A DNA stretch of 64,000 bases from contig CAVXRD010000005.1 of the NCBI GenBank assembly GCA_963764165.1, forward strand, positions 29,651-93,650, given 5' to 3'. This document shows positions 1 to 9,514 of the stretch, one piece after another. Position 1 is the stretch's first letter. Every line of letters starts with the position of its first letter. Under the pieces are notes generated by a model. The model did not search any database. It was not told where the DNA came from and saw nothing but the letters and a program-made list of their open reading frames with translations. The translations under genes were made by a program, and so were the position numbers. The stretch is from an uncultured Verrucomicrobiae bacterium (GTDB taxonomy: Bacteria > Verrucomicrobiota > Verrucomicrobiia > Limisphaerales > Palsa-1400).

Positions 1-24
1 TTTATTGCATCGCGCAGAAGTAAA

Positions 25-69
25 GATGCCGGAGGCATCGCAGCCAATAGCCGGTGGTTGAGCGAAGCG
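25..69 (+). repeat. REP-like arm (family A), left flank of IS4
   Basis: GATGCCGGAGGCATC hairpin + TAGCCGGTGGTTGAGCGAAGCG; homologous to the arms at 21805-21860 and 21985-22041. Confidence 0.85.
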
Positions 70-1369
70 CATGCGTGTCCAGTTATAAGTGAAACAAAGG
101 CAATGTGTTACGACTTTCCGAATCGTTTTCGGAAATGGCGTTTGTTGCAAGCAGCTCACCCAGAGGGGTTTGCTCAAACGCGCTGACGCTGAAAATTTGC
201 AGGATTTCATACAGACTTTTCTCCAATTTCCAATGCTTTTTGGCGATGGCCACCAAGAGGTAAGTGCAAATGGCGCACCATATCTGGCATTGAATGGCGT
301 TGCGGGAATGGCCGATGAAGCGGCGGATCCGCAGGTGCTGCTTGATCCATTTGAAGAACAGCTCCACCCTCCATCGCTTTTTGTATAATTCACAAATGGT
401 CAGAGGAGGCAGTTCGAAATCATTGGTCAGAAACACCAGCGTGCGCTCTTCCAGCGCGTCCCGAAAAACCACTCGCCTGAGCGGAACCGGATACCGGCCT
501 TTGGAGTCTTCGCCAGTCAAGCGAATGGTTTGATCGCACCGCAAACCGCCATCCTTGTCAACGACGCGAGATGCCTTCACCCTGAATTTGATCTGCCGCT
601 TGTTGCGCACGACGAATTTGGCCCCGGCGGTTTCCACATTCATCAGCCTGGCGAAATCCAAATAGGCCCGGTCCATCACATGGAAGGCGCCGCGCTCCAA
701 GGGAATCTGGTCGAGCATTTTCACGTCGGGAACAGAGGCTTCCGTGAGCGCCGCCCACACCGGCAGGTCCCCCCGGAAGGACAGCATCGTGTGGAGCTTC
801 ATCGCGCCGGCGCGGGACCGTCCCCAATAGGCCCAAGGAAAGATTTTGATGCTCAGATGAATGATGGAGCTGTCCAAAGCCAGCGCGACGGCGGGAAAAT
901 CCGGGTCTGCGTTTTCAGGCTGGTAAAGCGCGCGGGCGCGCCGCATCAGCACTTCGGCCACTCCGGCAAAGACCCGCCAATCCCGGTTTTCGTTGGAGTA
1001 AGCCAGATTGGTCCGTGTGATCCTTCCCCGAAAGCCCAAATGATACTGCATGCGTGGACGGGCCTGCAGGCAGGCAACAATGTCGCGCAGACTCTCACGG
1101 TAAGTCAATTGTCCGAAACACAGAGCCAGGAAATGGTCGTAGGCGCTGAACGAGCGCGAGGAGCGCTTCATGGGAAAGGCCTCAGCGCAACGCCGAAATT
1201 CGGACGGATAAAGGAGATCGGTTAATTGGGAAAACACGTTTTGGTGGGAAGGCATTTGCCCAGCAAACCCGCTTCCAAACTGGATATCGAGAACAAACCC
1301 CAAATTCCCCAACCCTGCGATAATCAACGACTTTGGGCGCGTTGGCAACGCCTTAACTGGACACGAGTG
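70..1369 (-). mobile_element. IS4-family insertion sequence with 16-bp imperfect terminal inverted repeats
   Basis: Left end CATGCGTGTCCAGTTA (70-85) matches the reverse complement of right end TAACTGGACACGAGTG (1354-1369) at 14/16; encloses one DDE transposase whose stop codon lies in the TIR. Confidence 0.88.
83..1255 (-). CDS. IS4-family DDE transposase (DUF4372 + DDE_Tnp_1 type)
   Basis: N-terminal FSQL/FGQLTYRESLRDI, then ALDSS, MDRAY and the IS4 YREK-type motif LYKKRWRVELFFKWIKQHL; start placed at ATG 1255, inside the TIRs. Confidence 0.93.
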   Translation of the reverse strand: MPSHQNVFSQLTDLLYPSEFRRCAEAFPMKRSSRSFSAYDHFLALCFGQLTYRESLRDIVACLQARPRMQYHLGFRGRITRTNLAYSNENRDWRVFAGVAEVLMRRARALYQPENADPDFPAVALALDSSIIHLSIKIFPWAYWGRSRAGAMKLHTMLSFRGDLPVWAALTEASVPDVKMLDQIPLERGAFHVMDRAYLDFARLMNVETAGAKFVVRNKRQIKFRVKASRVVDKDGGLRCDQTIRLTGEDSKGRYPVPLRRVVFRDALEERTLVFLTNDFELPPLTICELYKKRWRVELFFKWIKQHLRIRRFIGHSRNAIQCQIWCAICTYLLVAIAKKHWKLEKSLYEILQIFSVSAFEQTPLGELLATNAISENDSESRNTLPLFHL

Positions 1370-1416
1370 CGCTCCGCTCAACCACCGGCTACTAGCTTGC
1401 ATCCCGGCCGGGATGC
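1370..1416 (-). repeat. REP-like arm (family A), right flank of IS4
   Basis: CGCTCCGCTCAACCACCGGCTA + GCATCCCGGCCGGGATGC hairpin; inverted copy of 25-69. Confidence 0.85.
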
Positions 1417-1422
1417 TTATTG

Positions 1423-3051
1423 TCAATTAAATTTCACCGCTCCGCAGAAATGCACTTCGATCCCCAATTCTGCCAGCATGGCGGCTTTGATCCGGCAGGC
1501 GCGGTGGGCTTTTTTCTCGTCGGGCGCATAGACGACCTGGATGTGGTTGGATTTGTGCCGGGCCATCATTTGGTCGCGCGTGACGCCCTCGAAAACGGTG
1601 TGCATGATCGGCCATTGTGGAGTCGTTTCGGCCCAGCGGCGTTCGGTTTCTTCCTGCGGCAATTCCACCGCTTTTCCGACGCCGAGGTCGCAATGCAATT
1701 TGCCGCCCATGATGAAAATGCGGCTCCAGACAATCGCTCCCGGCTTGCTGATGCCCTTGAGCGTGCCGCCGCCGAGGCGAAAATACATCGCGGGCTGTCG
1801 TTCACTTGACGCTCCTTTCCAGCCGCCGACGAAATGGGCGGGCGGGGCCGCGCCGGAAATCAACAGCACCCAGACGTATTCGTTCAATGTCTCGCTCTGG
1901 TAGGCCTGGCCCCAGCGCAAATCGTGCAGCGTGTTTTCCGGCGGGTAACCGAGCTTGCGCCAAAGCTGGTAAGTCAGCAATCCGTCCAGCCCGGCGCATT
2001 CATCAACTTCGTTGAAATGCGGCAGCGCTTCGCCCGCGTAAAGCTCGTGCTTCGTCACGGCATGTTTGACTGGCGGGCGGTCCACGTTGTTAAGCGTGCC
2101 CTCAACCAGATCGCTGGCCGGGGCGAGGTCCTTCAATCCTTGCTGATATTGAATGCCAATGGCGCTGCACCCAAAGTCATCCGCAATGCGGAGCGCGGCG
2201 ATATACATTTTGCATTGGAGCAGCGTTTGCTCGCGGGTCAATTCAGTCTCCTCATTTTTGCCCCATTTGAATTTGACGCCGTGTTTCAAGTACCATTGCA
2301 AGACGGCATTCGCCTCGGCATCCGAAACGTCGCGCATGGCGGCGTAAAGGGCGGACTGGCTCAGGCGTTCCTTGAATGCGCCGGTGGGATGGAGCAATTC
2401 GTCGGGGATAATTGCGTTGAACATGCCCATGCAACCTTCATCGAACACGCCCAGGATGGCTTTGCGCTGCTTGAATTGCTGGCCGAAGGCGCGGCCCAAT
2501 TTCTCTTCCGCCGCAGGCAAGTTCACGCCGGAAAAATCGCGCACATGACTTGTATCATGCGTGGCCGCTCCTGTTTCGAGCCATTCGCGAAGGCCTTTTT
2601 GGAAAAACTCGGCGGAGAAATCCTCGGCCCACAACGAACTATATTTAACTCCGGCTTTTGTCATCGAGCCGTTCAGATTGAGCATGCCAACAAGGCCAGG
2701 CCAGGTGCCGCTCCAATTCGCCACCGTCAAGATCGGGGCGCCATGAGTGGTCAGCCCCGGCAGAACATGATGGCTGTATTGCCAGACGGCCTCGGCGACG
2801 ATGAGCGGGACCGACGGATCAAGCTTGCGGAACACCTCCATGCCCATTTTCTGTGAGTCAATAAAACCGTGTTTCTTCGCGGGGTCGCAGGCATGCGCGC
2901 GAACAACCTTCCAGCCAAGGCTTTCTATGGATTTGGCAAGGGCGGCTTCCATCTTGAGCTGTTCCGGCCAGCATTTTTGATTGGCGCTGAGGCGGAGGTC
3001 GCCGCTGGCGATGAGATAAATCTTTTTTGGGGACGAGGTTTTCTTCGGCAT
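1423..3051 (-). CDS. L-fucose isomerase-like sugar isomerase
   Basis: 542 aa; [36 protein letters not shown] and HKSNHIQV motifs of the FucI/AraA-like family. Confidence 0.75.
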   Translation of the reverse strand: MPKKTSSPKKIYLIASGDLRLSANQKCWPEQLKMEAALAKSIESLGWKVVRAHACDPAKKHGFIDSQKMGMEVFRKLDPSVPLIVAEAVWQYSHHVLPGLTTHGAPILTVANWSGTWPGLVGMLNLNGSMTKAGVKYSSLWAEDFSAEFFQKGLREWLETGAATHDTSHVRDFSGVNLPAAEEKLGRAFGQQFKQRKAILGVFDEGCMGMFNAIIPDELLHPTGAFKERLSQSALYAAMRDVSDAEANAVLQWYLKHGVKFKWGKNEETELTREQTLLQCKMYIAALRIADDFGCSAIGIQYQQGLKDLAPASDLVEGTLNNVDRPPVKHAVTKHELYAGEALPHFNEVDECAGLDGLLTYQLWRKLGYPPENTLHDLRWGQAYQSETLNEYVWVLLISGAAPPAHFVGGWKGASSERQPAMYFRLGGGTLKGISKPGAIVWSRIFIMGGKLHCDLGVGKAVELPQEETERRWAETTPQWPIMHTVFEGVTRDQMMARHKSNHIQVVYAPDEKKAHRACRIKAAMLAELGIEVHFCGAVKFN

Positions 3052-3471
3052 ATGCGTAGCGTTAAGATTCCTTCAGCGAGTCCGCGGAGTCATTGACTTG
3101 GACGCAACATAAGCAGAAGCCGGGGTGCTTGGCCAGAATTTTGAATGAACCCGGCAGCGGGAATCCACCTTTTGCGTTTCTGCTTCGTGTCCATTGCGTC
3201 CTTCTTGTTCAATTCTTTGCCGGCCGCTGGCTGGTCCGGACAAGCGTCTCGCGCGCCGCGCCGATGCCGGATCAAAAAAGACTTTTTCACAACAAGGACA
3301 CAAAGAGGGAAAGGGGAAGACGCCAATTCCCCTTGAATGCGTATGTTCATTGGCGCGCGAGAAACGAGACCTCGTGTGAAGCGCGCTCTTGCACTCTTTG
3401 TCCCCGCGTCCCAATACGGGCGCTGTTTTGGGGTGACAGCGGCGCGAAAAGCCCGTTATTCTGCCGGCGCC

Positions 3472-4689
3472 ATGAGTGAAACCCTGCGATACCTGCAATC
3501 CGTGCCGGCGGAAGCGCCCCCTGAAATCGGCACGCTTGTCAAATACCTGCTTTTGGACGCCATCAAGGCCAAGGCCAGCGACATTCACATCGAGCCGTGG
3601 GAGACCACACTCGTGGTGCGAATCCGTCTCAACGGGGTGCTGACCGAGCTGGTCCACCTGCCGCTGGAATGGATGGAGAAAATTTCCGGGCGCTTCAAGG
3701 TGCTGGCCAATCTTGTGACCTACCAAACCGGCCTGCCGCAGGAAGGCCACGCGCCGGCGGATCCGGAATTGGGCGGCGTGGAGCAGCGCATCTCCATTTT
3801 CCCGACCGTGCGCGGCGAAAAGATCGTCGTCCGCATTTTTGACCCGAGCAACCGCAGCTTTGACCTCGCCGCGCTGGGCTTTGATGACGATGTGCTCCAG
3901 CAGTTTCTCAAGCTCCTCACCCGGCCGAGCGGTTTGATCTTGTTGACAGGGCCGACGGGATCCGGCAAGACCACCGCCATTTACTCGGCCCTTTACACGC
4001 TCGTGCAGCGGGCGGGTTCGACCATCAGCATCGCGACGGTCGAGGACCCGGTGGAATACAACCTGCCCATGGTCGCCCAGGCGCAGGTGAATCTGGCCCA
4101 GGAATTCACTTATCCGCGCGCCTTGCGCTCCTTGATGCGGCAGGACCCGCAAGTGATCATGGTCGGCGAAATTCGCGACGCGGAAACCGCCGCGATTGCC
4201 GTGCAAGCCGGGCTGACCGGCCACCTTGTCATCAGCACAATTCACAGCGGCAGCACGGCGGGTGTCTTCGCGCGCTTGATGAATATGCAGATCGAGCCGT
4301 TCCTGCTGGCCTCCAGCATCACAGGCGTCCTGGGTGTTCGCTTGATTCGGAAGAATTGCAGCTATTGTTCGATGCCTTATGAGCCGGACCCAGCCTACGT
4401 CAAGCTTGTTCCCATTGAGGAACGGGACAACGCATCGTTCCGCCGCGGCGCCGGTTGCGACCAGTGCGTCACCACCGGCTTCCTGGGCCGCTACTCGGTC
4501 AGCGAAATGCTCACCGTGACGCAGCCCTTTCGTGAAGCTATTGTTGACAAGGTTCCGACGAAAGCGCTGCAGCAGGTCGCAGTCGACGCCGGCATGATTA
4601 CGATGTGGCGGCGCGGCCTCAACCGCGCCCTGACCGGCGAAACCACGCTGGAGGAAATCCTGCGCGTGATTTCCGTGGATGAAATCTAG
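3472..4689 (+). CDS. GspE/PulE/PilB-family secretion ATPase (short form)
   Basis: ASDIHIEP, Walker A GPTGSGKTT, TVEDPVEY, MRQDPQVIMVGEIRD, His box TGHLVISTIH, CxxC pairs; start at ATG 3472. Confidence 0.92.
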   Translation: MSETLRYLQSVPAEAPPEIGTLVKYLLLDAIKAKASDIHIEPWETTLVVRIRLNGVLTELVHLPLEWMEKISGRFKVLANLVTYQTGLPQEGHAPADPELGGVEQRISIFPTVRGEKIVVRIFDPSNRSFDLAALGFDDDVLQQFLKLLTRPSGLILLTGPTGSGKTTAIYSALYTLVQRAGSTISIATVEDPVEYNLPMVAQAQVNLAQEFTYPRALRSLMRQDPQVIMVGEIRDAETAAIAVQAGLTGHLVISTIHSGSTAGVFARLMNMQIEPFLLASSITGVLGVRLIRKNCSYCSMPYEPDPAYVKLVPIEERDNASFRRGAGCDQCVTTGFLGRYSVSEMLTVTQPFREAIVDKVPTKALQQVAVDAGMITMWRRGLNRALTGETTLEEILRVISVDEI

Positions 4690-4693
4690 TGCC

Positions 4694-5827
4694 GTGTTCA
4701 TTGACGGCCTGGCCACCCTGGCCGCCCTCAGTTTTATTTTGACGCTTTGGCGCTGGATCGTGAGCCTGCGATTCCCGCTGCACAGGCGACCGCCGATGGC
4801 GGCATCCCTGCCCGGCGTGACGATGCTGAAGCCACTCAAGGGCTGTGATCCGGAAACAAAAGCGTGCCTGCGAAGCTGGTTCACCCAAGCCTATCCTGGC
4901 CCCGTCCAATTGCTCTTCGGCGTGGCTTCCGCCGAGGATCCCGTTTGCGCCATTGTGCGGGAATTAATTGCGGAATTTCCCGCGGCCGATGCGCGACTGG
5001 TGATCTGCTCCGAACCTCTTGGCATCAACGCCAAGGTTTCCACCCTGCGCCAATTGGAGCCGAACACCCGCCATCCGCTTGTCATGATCAGCGATGCGGA
5101 TGTCCGCGTGCCCGCCGATTTCGCCGCCTGCGTCACACCGCTCCTCGGCGGGGCAGATACGGGGCTTGTCAATTGTTTTTACCGGCTGGCCAATCCATCG
5201 ACGCCCGCAATGCAATGGGAAGCCACCGCCATCAACGCGGATTTTTGGACAAACGTCCTGCAATCGCGAAGCCTCAAGCCAGTGGATTTCGCGCTTGGAG
5301 CGGTGATGGCTTTGCCGGCGGCGCAACTTAAAGCCATCGGCGGATTTGCCACGCTGTCGGATTTTCTGGCGGATGATTACCAGCTTGGCCAGCAAGTCGC
5401 TCTACGCGGGAAAAAAATCGCCTTTGCCAATGTGGTGGCGGAATGCTGGGATGGGCCGATGAACCTGCGGCAAGTGTGGTCGCATCAATCGCGCTGGGCG
5501 CGGACGATTCGTGTGTGCCAGCCGATGCCGTATTTCCTGAGCATCCTTAACAACTCCACGCTATGGCCAGTTGTATTGATGGCAGTTTCGCGTCAGCCAA
5601 ACGCGCTCGCCTGCGGCGCGGCGTGCGTTGTTTTCCGCATCGGAACAGCATTGCATCAGCAATTACGTTTGGCGGAAAAATTTCCGCCGCTGGCTTACTT
5701 CTGGATGGCGCCGGTGAAGGACTTGTTGGATGTATTCGTGTGGGCTGCGGCCTTCGTCGGAAACCACGTCACATGGAGAGGTCAGCGTTATGGAATTCTG
5801 CGGGACGGGCGGCTGGCGAAAGAATAA
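4694..5827 (+). CDS. GT2 glycosyltransferase, HpnI/ceramide glucosyltransferase-like
   Basis: LKPLKG, GINAKV, ISDADV, LADDYQLG and HQSRWARTIR motifs; N- and C-terminal TM segments; start GTG 4694 or ATG 4679. Confidence 0.85.
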   Translation: MFIDGLATLAALSFILTLWRWIVSLRFPLHRRPPMAASLPGVTMLKPLKGCDPETKACLRSWFTQAYPGPVQLLFGVASAEDPVCAIVRELIAEFPAADARLVICSEPLGINAKVSTLRQLEPNTRHPLVMISDADVRVPADFAACVTPLLGGADTGLVNCFYRLANPSTPAMQWEATAINADFWTNVLQSRSLKPVDFALGAVMALPAAQLKAIGGFATLSDFLADDYQLGQQVALRGKKIAFANVVAECWDGPMNLRQVWSHQSRWARTIRVCQPMPYFLSILNNSTLWPVVLMAVSRQPNALACGAACVVFRIGTALHQQLRLAEKFPPLAYFWMAPVKDLLDVFVWAAAFVGNHVTWRGQRYGILRDGRLAKE

Positions 5828-5838
5828 GACACCTCTAG

Positions 5839-7119
5839 TCAACAATACACGAGCAGCGATTGCGCAATCGGGCTGATGCGATTGTAATTCCATAGCTTGT
5901 CAATATAAGCAGCGGTGAGGCGCTGGCCATCGGGGATAAGCAGCATCCCGCTCTCGCTGTAAATGCCTTCGGCCAAAACCATCCCGGGTCGCAAATCTTT
6001 TAAGACAACCACGCGCTGTTTATTCGGGATGACGGCTTTGGGAGAAGTGCGGATGAACATGCGCACAGCCTCCGGGTCGAAAGCCTTGCCGCTGCCTTCG
6101 TTGATCATTTCCAGCGCGAGCTTTGAGTCAAGATGACTTTCGGCGTAGGCGACCGCCACCGCGAGCATGCGCGACAGCCACGGTATATCCGAGCCGCGCA
6201 ATTTATCAGGATAACCGGTGCCATCGAAGCGTTCGTGATGGCCTCGGATGGTCGGGCCGACGCCTGTCAAATGCTGCACGAAGGCCGCCAATTCCTGGCC
6301 GAGAACCGGATGCTGATGGATCAAGCGCCATTCGGCATCCGTCAAGGCGCCCGGAGTTTCCTGCCAGCGCCGGATGAGCTGGCGCGGGACGCCGATCAAA
6401 CCAATGTCGTAAAGGTAGCCGCTGATTTCCAGCGTTTGCTTTTGCGTCGCCGACAAATCCGAGCCTTCGGCCATCGATTGGCACAAGGCCGCCACCCGGC
6501 GCGCCTGGGTGCCAATGGTCGGATAAAATGTCCGCATGGTCTGCACGCACATTTCAACGGAGCGGCGCAGATTTTCCTCCTGGCTGTTGGCGAATGCCTG
6601 CAATTGCTTGTTCTGCTCGTCGATCTTGCCCAGTTGCGTTTCCAGGGCGTGATTCATGTCCTGGAGCTGCTGGTTCATTGCCTGCGTGGCGGCTTGCAGC
6701 CGGGCGTTTTTTGTGATTAGCTCGTGGCGCTGCACCGCGTTGCGGACGGTGGCCAGCAATTCCTCGCGCAGCCACGGCTTGACAATAAAACGGTAAATTT
6801 CCCCCTTGTTAATGGCGTCGATGACTGTGCTCAGGCTCAGCACGGCCGTGATGAGAATGCGGGTGGCTTCCGGCTGAATCTCGCGCACCTGGGCCAGGAA
6901 TTCCAGGCCGGTGACCATCGGCATTTGCTGGTCGGTGATGACGACGGAGAATTGCTGCTCGTTAAGCACGCTCAAGGCGTGAATGGCATGCGGTGAGGAG
7001 ACGACCTCGTAGCCCTCGCGCTGGAGGGTGTCACGCAGAGCAACCAGCACGATTTCTTCATCGTCCACAATCAGGATGGGCCGTGCGATCTCTTTGCCAG
7101 GGGTCGAATCTGAAATCAT
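5839..7119 (-). CDS. Response regulator with degenerate HD-GYP domain
   Basis: REC domain (ILIVDDE, ITDQQMP, IVKPW), coiled coil, HHERFDGTGYP; the HD dyad reads YD. Confidence 0.9.
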   Translation of the reverse strand: MISDSTPGKEIARPILIVDDEEIVLVALRDTLQREGYEVVSSPHAIHALSVLNEQQFSVVITDQQMPMVTGLEFLAQVREIQPEATRILITAVLSLSTVIDAINKGEIYRFIVKPWLREELLATVRNAVQRHELITKNARLQAATQAMNQQLQDMNHALETQLGKIDEQNKQLQAFANSQEENLRRSVEMCVQTMRTFYPTIGTQARRVAALCQSMAEGSDLSATQKQTLEISGYLYDIGLIGVPRQLIRRWQETPGALTDAEWRLIHQHPVLGQELAAFVQHLTGVGPTIRGHHERFDGTGYPDKLRGSDIPWLSRMLAVAVAYAESHLDSKLALEMINEGSGKAFDPEAVRMFIRTSPKAVIPNKQRVVVLKDLRPGMVLAEGIYSESGMLLIPDGQRLTAAYIDKLWNYNRISPIAQSLLVYC

Positions 7120-7140
7120 GTATCTATCAAACTCCAGTGC

Positions 7141-9156
7141 TCATGGGCGTTGGTCAAAAAATGCGCGCAATTTCAACAGCATGTCCTTCTCGGATAAATC
7201 CGGCCCGAGAATCATGTCCACTTCCCGCTGCACCTCGCCGCCAATATCATCCTGGCTGAAGCCCGAGAGCTTCAGCACCACCTTCAAATCCTGCTTCTGC
7301 TGGCGCAATTCCGCCGGGAGCGACATGACCGGCTCATTCGGCTCCGCCAGGATCAACACACCGTTGAACTGATAATCGGTTGAGTGCAGCAGCTCGGCCA
7401 GATTATCGGCGCCGGTGGACATGACAATATGGTAATCGTGCGAGCGAAGCAATTCCGCTGTTTTGTCCAAAACCTCCCCATCCGGGCCGATCAAAAGCAG
7501 GCTCCGGCGGGCGCTCAAACGCTGCGCCTCTTCCTCGACCCGCGAAGGCCCGGCCAGGTTCGCTTCCGGCAGCCAGATTTGGAAACTTGTTCCCAGGCCT
7601 TCCTTCGACACCACGGAGATCGCGCCCTGATGTTTCTCGATGGCCAGGCGGGCGTTGTAAAGGCCCAGGCCCGATCCTTTTGATTTGGTGGTGAAGAACG
7701 CATCAAAAATATGGGGAAGGTGGCGCTGCTTGATGCCGGCTCCGGTGTCTTGAATGGACAGGCTCACGCACGGAAGAGAGGGCATCGTGCCGCGCATGTA
7801 TTCCACAACGGGAACGCTGTCGTGCCGCATCGTTTTCAACGTCAAGCATCCGCCTTGTGGCATGGCCTCGGCGGCATTGAGCATCAAGTTGATCACAACC
7901 TGGCGGAATTCCACCACGTCGAGGTAAACCGGCAGCGGGACCGGCGTCAATTCCGTTTCGACCAGGATGCGGCGCTTGAGAATTTTCGTGACCAATTCCA
8001 CCAGGTCGTTGGCGACGTCGTTGAGGTTGTGGAAATTGCGCTCGCCGGTTTTGCCGAGGTGCAGATTGATCATGCGCTGCACCAGCTGGCTGGCTTGCAG
8101 CGAGCTTTTTTTGATCAGCGACAATCCTTCGTAAAACGGATGCACTGGCTCGAGCGAGCTGATGAACGATTCAGTCAGCGAATGGATGCCCGCGATGATG
8201 TTCGTGAAATCGTGCGCCATGCCCAGGGTCAGCACCGCCAGCGTCTCCTTCCAGGCGGCGGTGGACAGGCGTTTTTCGGCGATGGTCTGGCGCGTCACAT
8301 CCAGCCACACCACTTCGTAGCCGAGCAAAAGGCCGTTCTTGGAAACCGCCGGCTGGCGATGCTCCAAAACATAGGCGACGCGGCCGGTGCCGGCGTGGCG
8401 GATTCGGTAGGTGTTGGTGAGCGGCGCGCCGGATTTGGCCGCGCGCTTGCATTGCTGCTGCAATTCCCCAGAGTCCCCCTCATGCACCAAATCCCAAAAA
8501 CGCCCGGGCTGAACGGCCCATTCCGCCGCGTCGATGCCGGTGAGATCCTTGATATTGGGGCTGGCGAATTGCAGGGTGAAATCGGGGCGCTGGCTGAAAA
8601 TGACGCACGGCCAGCGGCGGGTCAAACCTTCCAGCCGCGCCTCGGCCCGCAGCATCCGGACGAACACGTCGCGCCGCGCCGCGTCGTTTCGCAGGTGCTC
8701 ATCCCAAATGCCTTCCTCCAAATCCGCCAGCGGCGGAAGAACGGAGGTCAGGCGCGCGAAAGAATTCCGCGGGCCGCGGGCGATTTCCAAGCTGAACCAC
8801 TGCGTGGCAGGCCCGCCTTCAGCTCCATCCCTTGGCAGCTTGATGCTGATTCGCTCAAAAGGCGACGTGCTGCCGCGAAGCGGCTTGAGCGATTCCTCCC
8901 ATTCGGGCGACAGCCCCGAAAGCGTGTCCCAATAAGACAGGCCCGCCAGTGAAGCGGCCGGTTTTTCCAGCCAAGTGCAGAGCGATTCGTTGGCGGCGAG
9001 GATGGCGCCATCGGAGTCAAGCGTGGCGCTGCCGCCCTCAAGCCATGAGCGGGGTGAAAAGGGCTTGGCTGGATCGCGCGGCTGCGAAGCATCTGCGGCT
9101 GACACGGCATTCTGGGGTTCCACGCGCACGGCAACATCCATTCGTTGAGAATCCAT
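7141..9156 (-). CDS. PAS-domain hybrid sensor histidine kinase with degenerate C-terminal REC
   Basis: H-box GMAHDFTN, N-box NLMLNA, DTGAG, FFTTKSKGSGLGL; PAS_3-like region; start uncertain (9156). Confidence 0.88.
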   Translation of the reverse strand: MDSQRMDVAVRVEPQNAVSAADASQPRDPAKPFSPRSWLEGGSATLDSDGAILAANESLCTWLEKPAASLAGLSYWDTLSGLSPEWEESLKPLRGSTSPFERISIKLPRDGAEGGPATQWFSLEIARGPRNSFARLTSVLPPLADLEEGIWDEHLRNDAARRDVFVRMLRAEARLEGLTRRWPCVIFSQRPDFTLQFASPNIKDLTGIDAAEWAVQPGRFWDLVHEGDSGELQQQCKRAAKSGAPLTNTYRIRHAGTGRVAYVLEHRQPAVSKNGLLLGYEVVWLDVTRQTIAEKRLSTAAWKETLAVLTLGMAHDFTNIIAGIHSLTESFISSLEPVHPFYEGLSLIKKSSLQASQLVQRMINLHLGKTGERNFHNLNDVANDLVELVTKILKRRILVETELTPVPLPVYLDVVEFRQVVINLMLNAAEAMPQGGCLTLKTMRHDSVPVVEYMRGTMPSLPCVSLSIQDTGAGIKQRHLPHIFDAFFTTKSKGSGLGLYNARLAIEKHQGAISVVSKEGLGTSFQIWLPEANLAGPSRVEEEAQRLSARRSLLLIGPDGEVLDKTAELLRSHDYHIVMSTGADNLAELLHSTDYQFNGVLILAEPNEPVMSLPAELRQQKQDLKVVLKLSGFSQDDIGGEVQREVDMILGPDLSEKDMLLKLRAFFDQRP

Positions 9157-9514
9157 GGTAACTTTGCCGAGGCGGAATCTCAACGACAATATCCAGGTTT
9201 TCTTTCCGGCAAAACCGCCTGACCCCGGCGTAATCTCAGAAATGCCGGCGCATCCGCAAACTGCAGCCGGGCGCTTTGAACCATTTGGCGAGGAAATTTC
9301 TGCGTTCTCCGCGCGATTGTATTTCATGCCCATATGAAACCAAATGGGTTCTTAATTTTGGACGGGACAGATCACACGCATCTTCTGCCTCCAGCGGAAA
9401 AAGAACTCTTGCGCAGAGAAGATGACTGCGCTGAGGGAGGCAAGAGGTGGAGCGTTCCCGGCTCTGTTCATCCTCTTGATTCAGCGGCGGGACGCAACTG
9501 CCACTCTTCGCGTT

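Noticed and set aside
3073..4884. 603 aa minus-strand ORF and similar long shadows (e.g. 7711-8952, 12035-13303, 54048-55376, 57486-59069, 60499-62274)
   Set aside because: Antisense to well-supported genes; typical of high-GC codon bias and lacking motifs
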